Positions 1-5,516 of a DNA stretch of 11,414 bases are shown piece after piece. Both the position numbers and the translations under genes were made by a program. This DNA comes from an uncultured Candidatus Bathyarchaeia archaeon. Lineage in GTDB: Archaea; Thermoproteota; Bathyarchaeia; Bathyarchaeales; Bathycorpusculaceae. The DNA lies in assembly GCA_964450845.1 (NCBI GenBank), contig CAYVGZ010000049.1, positions 1 to 11,414 of the forward strand, given 5' to 3'. The notes beneath the pieces are model-generated. The model was not told where the DNA came from. It was given only the letters and a program-made list of their open reading frames with translations, and made no database searches. Position 1 is the first letter of the stretch; each line of letters begins with the position of its first letter.

Positions 1-53
1 CCTCAACCGTTAATTGAAAAATTCAAGATTATTAAGCATATGCTCTAACAATT

Positions 54-227
54 GTGCGAGACGCATGGCACGCAAGGAATCCATACTTCTGTTCAAAGCA
101 CTGCGAGGAGGAGTTTAAGAAGAACCCAAAAAAGGTATCTTTCAAAGATAAAAAAAGTAAGAACCATGGTTTTACTGTAGAAAAGTTGAAAAGCACATCC
201 TTCAGAGACATGTTTAGGAGAAGATAA
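54..227 (+). CDS. Small YHS/TRASH-like metal-binding protein (57 aa from GTG; possibly N-terminally truncated or a pseudogene)
   Basis: Not in the ORF track. My translation is VRDAWHARNPYFCSKHCEEEFKKNPKKVSF...FRRR*. YFCSxxCxxxFxxNPxK matches the C-terminal half of YHS/TRASH domains. The TAA at 225-227 overlaps the ATG at 227 of the next gene (TAATG). The usual N-terminal Cys motif (DPVCGM or CxxC) is absent, and the frame is closed upstream by TAA at 33-35. Confidence 0.55.
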   Translation: MRDAWHARNPYFCSKHCEEEFKKNPKKVSFKDKKSKNHGFTVEKLKSTSFRDMFRRR

Positions 228-1162
228 TGGACGGCAACATCGCTGTACAAACCATTGTGCCTATTCTTCTTTTAATGGCGTTAGGTTTCTTTTCAAGAAA
301 AACGAGAATTTTAAAATCTGGCGACGAACGAGTACTCAATGCATACGTATACTATTTTGCGTTGCCAGCCTTATTCTTCGTTGATTTGGCTGAAGCGAAT
401 CTTACCTATAACGACCTTGGATTTGTATTTGCAGGCATAACCCCGGTCATTTTGGTGGTGGCAATCTACACTCTTTTTTACCTTATATTTAGATTCTCGA
501 AGAATACGCTCTATCTACTTATTCTTAGCACCGTTTTTGGCAGTTTTGCTTTTTTTGGCATACCGTTTATAATGTTTGCATTTCCGACAAGAGAGGGAGA
601 ACATCTTGCAGCAATATCCGCTTCTTCCATTTCTGTCATAAGCGTTACAATTTCTATCACAGTTCTCGAATTATATAAGCTCGAAAAATCCACGATATGG
701 CAAGGAGTCAAACGTGTTGCAAAAAGGCTTTCAAAAAATCCGTTGATTATATCGATTGTTTCAGGTATTTTATTATCCCTGAGCGGGTTGGAAATCCCCT
801 CTTACATTTCAACCCCCTTACACATGTTAGGAAGCACCACCGCTGCAGTAGCCATCTTTTTGCTTGGAGTCTTTCTCTATGGAAGAAAGTACACAAACAT
901 AACTAGAGCCTTTGAATTGAGTATACTGAGAATAATATTCTTGCCCACCCTAGCTTTTTTAACCACATCAGTATTTAACCTGCCTAATTTGGAAAAAACG
1001 ACATTAGTGCTTATGCATGCCATGCCCATTGCCATTTCCATGATTGTTCTTAGCGAGCGCTATGATTTTCACAAAGAAACTATTGCTTCTCTGATTTTAA
1101 TCTCCTCAATTGGAGCTGCAATATATCTAAACTTATGGCTGTTACTGTTAGGACACTATTAG
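227..1162 (+). CDS. AEC (auxin efflux carrier / malate permease-like) family membrane transporter
   Basis: 311 aa with about 10 hydrophobic segments. Family-like motifs: LNAYVYYFALPALFF, FFGIPF, KNPLIISIVSG, LRIIFLP, AMPIAISMIVLSERY. AGGAG SD at 216-220. Confidence 0.88.
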   Translation: MDGNIAVQTIVPILLLMALGFFSRKTRILKSGDERVLNAYVYYFALPALFFVDLAEANLTYNDLGFVFAGITPVILVVAIYTLFYLIFRFSKNTLYLLILSTVFGSFAFFGIPFIMFAFPTREGEHLAAISASSISVISVTISITVLELYKLEKSTIWQGVKRVAKRLSKNPLIISIVSGILLSLSGLEIPSYISTPLHMLGSTTAAVAIFLLGVFLYGRKYTNITRAFELSILRIIFLPTLAFLTTSVFNLPNLEKTTLVLMHAMPIAISMIVLSERYDFHKETIASLILISSIGAAIYLNLWLLLLGHY

Positions 1163-1200
1163 AAACCAAAAAAAGGTGACCGAAGAACCCGCATGATTAA

Positions 1201-1217
1201 GAGAGAAAAGTTTAATT
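1201..1217 (+). promoter_or_regulatory. Putative BRE/TATA promoter of the ferredoxin gene
   Basis: GAGAGAAAAG followed by TTTAATT (1211-1217), about 35-40 nt upstream of the ATG at 1252. Confidence 0.35.
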
Positions 1218-1251
1218 GACTCTGAAAATTTATCCAGCAACAGGCGAGGAC

Positions 1252-1443
1252 ATGGTTAAAATAATAATTGACTATGCCAAATGTGCTAAGGAAGCCGATA
1301 GAATCTGCGTAGAAATTTGCCCTGTTTCAGTTTTCCTTAATGATAAGTTGGAAAAGCCCAAGATTGTGAACGAGGAAAGTTGCATAATGTGTAGAACATG
1401 TGAAGTTAACTGTCCAAGTCAAGCCATAAAAATTCTGGCTTAG
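1252..1443 (+). CDS. Small dicluster ferredoxin (63 aa), probably [3Fe-4S]+[4Fe-4S]
   Basis: Motif 2 CIMCRTCEVNCP is canonical. Motif 1 is CAKEADRICVEICP (C-x7-C-x3-CP, second Cys missing). I prefer the start at ATG 1252 (GAGGA SD at 1246-1250; MVKIIIDYAKC is a typical ferredoxin N-terminus) over TTG 1216. Confidence 0.9.
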   Translation: MVKIIIDYAKCAKEADRICVEICPVSVFLNDKLEKPKIVNEESCIMCRTCEVNCPSQAIKILA

Positions 1444-2858
1444 ACCCCTAAAGTTCTTAGTAATTCGCCTTTTCTGTTTCTTATTTCTACTCTTAAATTT
1501 TCATTAGCTTGCCTTGTAGCACATTTTATGCATGGATCATAAGCCCTTATAACCATCTCAATCCTATTCAAGAGTCCCGGTTTAATTTCTCCGCGATGTA
1601 TAAATTCCATTGCTGCATCTTTAACGTTAAGATTTATAGCTGCATTGTTCACCTGAGTCGGTATTATCAGCTTCATGTTTTTTAACCGTCCACCCCTAGT
1701 CAAAACATACTCGTGGGCGAGTGTGCCCCTAGGAGCCTCAACAACTCCTATTCCAGTGCCACCTTTTGGCTCAACCTTAACTCTGGTGTCAGTTCGTATT
1801 AAGCTCTCGTCCTCCAAAAGCTCTTTAGCCCTTTCGCATGCGTACATGAGGTCTATTAAGCGGGCATAGTCAAAAAGCAAAGTGGCACACGCTGGGCTTC
1901 CAAATTTCCTCTTAAACTCTTCTAATTCCTTGTCGGCAAACTCAGTCGCCACTCTCTTATTTACGTTCATTCTAGCTGTTGGCCCAACTTGAACTATGCC
2001 CTTCGGCCATCCTAAGGCTTTTAGGTAAGCAGATTTTGCATAGGTCCACTCAAAGCGTTTTTCTTCAACATGCTCCATATATTCTTGCGCAGTGAATTCG
2101 GATAGGATTTCGCCTTCAGAATTTATGACACGGATTTTGCCATCGTAGAATTCTATAGAGTCGCCCTTTGTTAAAGCCATGTAGTAAGTTTTGTAGTCTC
2201 CAGCTTTTCTGAAATCTGGCCAATTCTTCTCGAAGAGTTCCTTTCCAAGGGCGAGAGCCTCTCTTGTGATTGAGCAAGCATTTTTTGCCGCTTTAAGTAG
2301 TTCTTCCCGCTCCCTTTCCTTAAGTGGGTTGATTAAGCCTCCTGGTATGACAGAAACAATATGGACTTCACGCTTTCCGATGGCATCTAAGATTTGGATG
2401 CCAAAGCTTCTCAATGCAATTGCTTTTTTGCCTATTTCTGGTTTTTCCCGCATAATTTGGAAGACGTTTCGTTTTGATGGATTTTCCTCTGGAGAAAACC
2501 AGAAATCGGGGAGTGTTAGGAAAAAGAAGACTAGAGAATGATTGCTGATTATTTGCCCCATGAGTAGGAGTTCGCGAAGTTTTCTCGCAGTTTCTGTTAT
2601 TTCTATTCCATAAATATCTTCTATGGCTTTAACAGAGGCAATTATGTGAGCGGTTGAGCATACGCCACATACTCTTGAAATTATGAAGGGAAGCCTTTCT
2701 GCATCCATTTCTCTCAGAAAATAGTCGAAGCCGCGGATTTCTGTAGCATAAAAATGAGCATCTGAAACGTCTCCAAATTCGTCAAGTACAATTGTTACTT
2801 TTCCATGCCCTTCAATCCTCGTTGTCGGTGAGATGGTTATTTCCCTTTTCTGGCTCAA
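1440..2858 (-). CDS. mvhA: [NiFe]-hydrogenase large subunit, MvhA-like (group 3c-type), with atypical C-terminal Arg
   Basis: 472 aa. TRIEGHGK, L1 motif RVCGVCSTAH, VEAPRGTLAH and L2 motif AYDPCIKCATR followed by a 23-aa extension. RNVFQI..E.P.I...AI.LR and EMVIRAYDPC segments resemble methanogen MvhA. The TTG start overlaps the mvhG stop (TTGA, 2855-2858). Confidence 0.88.
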   Translation of the reverse strand: MSQKREITISPTTRIEGHGKVTIVLDEFGDVSDAHFYATEIRGFDYFLREMDAERLPFIISRVCGVCSTAHIIASVKAIEDIYGIEITETARKLRELLLMGQIISNHSLVFFFLTLPDFWFSPEENPSKRNVFQIMREKPEIGKKAIALRSFGIQILDAIGKREVHIVSVIPGGLINPLKEREREELLKAAKNACSITREALALGKELFEKNWPDFRKAGDYKTYYMALTKGDSIEFYDGKIRVINSEGEILSEFTAQEYMEHVEEKRFEWTYAKSAYLKALGWPKGIVQVGPTARMNVNKRVATEFADKELEEFKRKFGSPACATLLFDYARLIDLMYACERAKELLEDESLIRTDTRVKVEPKGGTGIGVVEAPRGTLAHEYVLTRGGRLKNMKLIIPTQVNNAAINLNVKDAAMEFIHRGEIKPGLLNRIEMVIRAYDPCIKCATRQANENLRVEIRNRKGELLRTLGV

Positions 2859-3718
2859 ATGATCCTCTCCCTCGCCTTAAAACGTTCAAATTTGGAGAAA
2901 ATAAAAGTGTGAAATATGAATGGGTTGCGGTAAAGCTCCTCCTTCACCTTTTCCTCTGGAATGCTAGTTCTTTTTGATATTACTTTAACAAGGAATGTAT
3001 AGATGTCTCGTGACCTGTATAATAGTGAGTCGGCTGGTCCTCTACATCCGAAGCATGTGAACCCCGCTCTTGGACATGGTGCTCCACAGCCTTCACGTGT
3101 GAGAGACCCTAAACATACGAAGCCTTGACTTACTAAGCATAATTCTGGGTCAGCTTCTTTTTCGTATATTCCATAAAGACGGTCAAGTTTTGCAGGAATT
3201 ATTTTTCTGTGGCATTCTGTGCAGACCACGCTTTGATGGCGGGTAGGTGTTTTCCCGCTTACTATGCTTTTTAAACTGTGAACTATTAGAAAGGGCATAG
3301 GCGGGCATCCTGGAATATAGTAATCAACATCAACAAAGTTGCATATTGGATACATCAAATCTTTCAGTTCCGGAAGTTTGCTTGAAACGGGAAGAGAGTA
3401 TTCCTTCTCTAAAAGTTTCTTAACAGATGCCACATTGCCTAGACTTGTTATTCCGCCGTGGGTTGCACATATTCCCAAAGCAACAAGAATTCGGGATTTG
3501 GCTCGGACTTCTCTAATTAATTCCTCATCACTAACTGTTCTAACTCCGCCCTCAACTATTGACAAGTCAACTTCTGGAATCTCCTTCAAGTCCATAAAGG
3601 TGGGCGAATAGACTATTTCGAAATCTTCGGAAAGAATTTCTAGTAAAGCGTCACCAGCATTTAAAAATGAAGATACACATCCAGCGCAACAAGTTAAAGA
3701 AATTATATTAACCTTCAC
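2855..3718 (-). CDS. mvhG: [NiFe]-hydrogenase small subunit, MvhG-like
   Basis: 287 aa. Proximal cluster motifs CAGC, EGG, LGICATHGGI and PGCPP. The C-terminal VCTEC...LCLVSQGFVCLG...GCGAPCP...CFGCRGP supplies 8 Cys for two further clusters. YSPTFMD..EIPEVD resembles MvhG. Confidence 0.88.
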   Translation of the reverse strand: MKVNIISLTCCAGCVSSFLNAGDALLEILSEDFEIVYSPTFMDLKEIPEVDLSIVEGGVRTVSDEELIREVRAKSRILVALGICATHGGITSLGNVASVKKLLEKEYSLPVSSKLPELKDLMYPICNFVDVDYYIPGCPPMPFLIVHSLKSIVSGKTPTRHQSVVCTECHRKIIPAKLDRLYGIYEKEADPELCLVSQGFVCLGSLTREGCGAPCPRAGFTCFGCRGPADSLLYRSRDIYTFLVKVISKRTSIPEEKVKEELYRNPFIFHTFIFSKFERFKARERII

Positions 3719-3754
3719 AGGTAGTCACTCTCAATTTTTTAGAATCACACGGTG

Positions 3755-3774
3755 CATATATGAATTTGTCATAG
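3755..3774 (-). promoter_or_regulatory. Putative mvhG promoter with overlapping palindrome TATGA-N5-TCATA (3759-3773)
   Basis: The minus strand reads CTATGACAAATTCATATATG. The TATA-like ATATAT lies about 40 nt upstream of the GTG at 3718. Confidence 0.4.
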
Positions 3775-3883
3775 TTTCCTTAAATTTTTCGACAGTCCAT
3801 TAAGTATGATTCATTATCGAGAGAACTTGAAATACGGAATTGAGCAAATGTTTCGCTTAGTATTATGTAATTACTAAAGAAAG

Positions 3884-4888
3884 CTATATTTTATTACTTT
3901 TAACTTTAGTTTGAGAGGTGGCAACCATTAGTACTTCGTGTGGTTCGTTGTTGTTTACAATGTGTGATGCTGTTGCTGAGGTTTCTAGGGTCAAGTTGCG
4001 TATCCCGCTCAACATCTTGGCTATTTCAAGCCCTTTAGCTGTTAATGCGTAAGATTTCGGTCTTTTTCTTGCAAAAACAAGTTTCTTTCCTTTCAATCTT
4101 CTCAAATATTTATATGTTCTCCTCAGCGAGATGCTGGTTTTCTCAGCAAGTTTTTGTGCAGAAATCCCTTCTATGAGGATGTTTTCATAAACTCTCTTTT
4201 CTGTCGGCGAAAACTTTGTGCCGTTTGAATTTCTTTTGGTTTGGAAGTAGAATATGTAGTCATTTTCCTTAGTTGTTTCAATCAGTTTTACTTTTTGCAA
4301 TCGGTTTAGGACGCGGGCAACACTTTTTGCTGGAATCATATCTTCAAAATCTTCATATGTTTTCGGCTTGTCCAGTAGCATACCTAAAACTGTTTCTTCA
4401 TAGCATTCAGAGTGAGGCGGTAGAACGTTTTCAACTTCGGAGAAACCTTTTATCAATTCGTTGAGTCGACATCCAAATGCTGTTGTATAATATCGGTTCT
4501 GATCTTCTACAGCCAATCCAACTTCTATTAAGGGATTGAGGTACTCTTCAGCTATTGTCTGTTGGCTATGATAATATCCCCGTTTTTTCAGTTCCTGTTG
4601 GAGCTTCGCTATAAAATAGCATCCTTCTGAAATTATTTCTAATATTTGCAGACGCCTATCATTTTTTAAAGTGTTTAGCAAGTTTATCATGAAGCTAGGG
4701 TTTTTCATTTTCGTGTATAATTTTCGAAATTCGTTCTTCTGTTTCCAGATTTTGCAGCTTGACATGCATGTGATAGGGGTTAATGGATTGCAGTTTTTGC
4801 AAGTTTCCTCCCACTCCTTCACTGTGTCTGCTAAGCTTGTTTTTTCTTGTGTCTCTTGTATTTGGGCTTGGTAACCTTCGGTTTTCAT
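3884..4888 (-). CDS. Multi-winged-helix DNA-binding protein with N-terminal CxxC-x7-C-x3-C motif (true start probably ATG 4888 or 4915, not 5002)
   Basis: Three wHTH-like segments: RRLQILEII...LQQEL...GLA...YYTTAFG; EETVLGMLLDKPKTYEDF...SVARVLNRLQKVKLIE; SPTEKRVY...SAQKLAEKTSISLRRTYKYLRRLKGKKLV...YALTAKG. CKNCNPLTPITCMSSC at 4754-4801. The upstream TATA at 5011-5018 would place the TSS downstream of ATG 5002. Confidence 0.8.
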   Translation of the reverse strand: MKTEGYQAQIQETQEKTSLADTVKEWEETCKNCNPLTPITCMSSCKIWKQKNEFRKLYTKMKNPSFMINLLNTLKNDRRLQILEIISEGCYFIAKLQQELKKRGYYHSQQTIAEEYLNPLIEVGLAVEDQNRYYTTAFGCRLNELIKGFSEVENVLPPHSECYEETVLGMLLDKPKTYEDFEDMIPAKSVARVLNRLQKVKLIETTKENDYIFYFQTKRNSNGTKFSPTEKRVYENILIEGISAQKLAEKTSISLRRTYKYLRRLKGKKLVFARKRPKSYALTAKGLEIAKMLSGIRNLTLETSATASHIVNNNEPHEVLMVATSQTKVKSNKI

Positions 4889-4902
4889 GCTGTGGACACT
4901 TC

Positions 4903-5010
4903 TGACGTATGTCATGACGGTTTGAGGAGAAAGGAGAGAGTTATTCAAAGGGTAATTCTTTTTTTGGGATTCGTCATGCCATACGTCATAATAATATGCC
5001 ATACGTCATA
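4903..5010. promoter_or_regulatory. Array of three near-palindromic operator-like sites, consensus TGACRTAYGTCA
   Basis: ATGCCATACGTCATA occurs exactly at 4976-4990 and 4996-5010 (20-bp period). An inverted copy TGACGTATGTCA lies at 4903-4914; its reverse complement TGACATACGTCA matches the others at 11/12. Confidence 0.7.
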
Positions 5011-5026
5011 CTTATATACTTTTCCC
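5011..5026 (-). promoter_or_regulatory. BRE-TATA promoter of the multi-wHTH gene (TATA possibly shared with the divergent gene)
   Basis: The minus strand reads GGGAAAAG-TATATAAG, a close match to the archaeal BRE-TATA consensus. The plus strand reads TTATATA at 5012-5018. Confidence 0.65.
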
Positions 5027-5054
5027 ACTAAAATAGAATAAACGGTGAAAACTC

Positions 5055-5450
5055 TTGATACTTCCATGCGAAATCGCTGTAAAATCAGTAGTACCCGCAG
5101 TAAAGGCGTTAATAGCAAAAGAACTTGTAGAAAAGCGCGGTTTGAAGCAAGATGAGGCGGCTGAAATCTTAGGAGTATCGCAATCCGCAGTGAGTAAATA
5201 CACTCGAAAAGTTAGAGGTTACGTTATAAAAGTCGATGACTTGGAAGAAATAGAACCCTTAATAGACGAGATGATAGGACTACTTGTTAGTGGAACGTAC
5301 CGACGGAGTGAGTTTCTAAGGTGCTTTTGCCAAACATGCGCGCTTATACGGAAAACAGGTCTGATGTGCCAATTCTGTAAAAAAGCAGACCAAAAAATTA
5401 ACATAGAAGAGTGTGGTTTCTGCTTTAAATCCAACTTGCCTCAAAAATGA
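5055..5450 (+). CDS. Archaeal XRE-like HTH transcriptional regulator (COG2522-like) with Cys-rich C-terminal domain
   Basis: MILPCE..V..V.PA....IA.EL....GL.Q.E.A..LG.SQ.AVS.Y is characteristic of this family. GGTGA SD at 5044-5048 precedes TTG 5055. The C-terminus is C-x-C-x2-C-x9-C-x2-C-x11-C-x2-C. Confidence 0.85.
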   Translation: MILPCEIAVKSVVPAVKALIAKELVEKRGLKQDEAAEILGVSQSAVSKYTRKVRGYVIKVDDLEEIEPLIDEMIGLLVSGTYRRSEFLRCFCQTCALIRKTGLMCQFCKKADQKINIEECGFCFKSNLPQK

Positions 5451-5466
5451 GCTGAAATTCTATGAT

Positions 5467-5497
5467 GGTTAAAACTTATTAAAGTCAAGGTTAAAAC
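5467..5497 (+). promoter_or_regulatory. Putative htrA promoter (AAAAC-TTATTAAA) flanked by a GGTTAAAAC direct repeat
   Basis: TATA-like TTATTAAA at 5476-5483. GGTTAAAAC at 5467-5475 and 5489-5497. GGTGG SD at 5508-5512. Confidence 0.45.
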
Positions 5498-5516
5498 AAG
5501 TTTAAATGGTGGAAAT

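Noticed and set aside
32-250. 72-aa minus-strand ORF
   Set aside because: Antisense to the better-supported YHS-like frame and the transporter start; no motif.
511-906. ORFs 511-711 (-) and 697-906 (+)
   Set aside because: Shadow frames inside the AEC transporter.
1216-1251. TTG start and 12-aa extension of the ferredoxin
   Set aside because: ATG 1252 has an SD and a typical ferredoxin N-terminus; the extension overlaps the likely promoter.
1512-1538. Selenocysteine or split VhuA/VhuU-type large subunit
   Set aside because: L2 is in the same ORF, both Cys are TGC/TGT codons, and there is no in-frame TGA.
1675-3611. Plus-strand ORFs 1675-1869, 2266-2541, 2792-2977 and 3339-3611
   Set aside because: Antisense shadows of mvhA and mvhG.
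3857-3877. Imperfect inverted repeat TTAGTA...TACTAA
   Set aside because: Entirely AT-rich and weak; it could be chance or part of the regulator's terminator region, so it is not called.
4976-5010. Repeat pair as a mini-CRISPR or IS end
   Set aside because: Only two 15-bp units with a 5-bp gap; no spacers, cas genes or transposase.
4273-5434. ORFs 4273-4464, 4671-4874, 4847-5041 (+) and 5012-5203, 5219-5434 (-)
   Set aside because: Overlap real genes or the promoter and operators on the opposite strand; no motifs.
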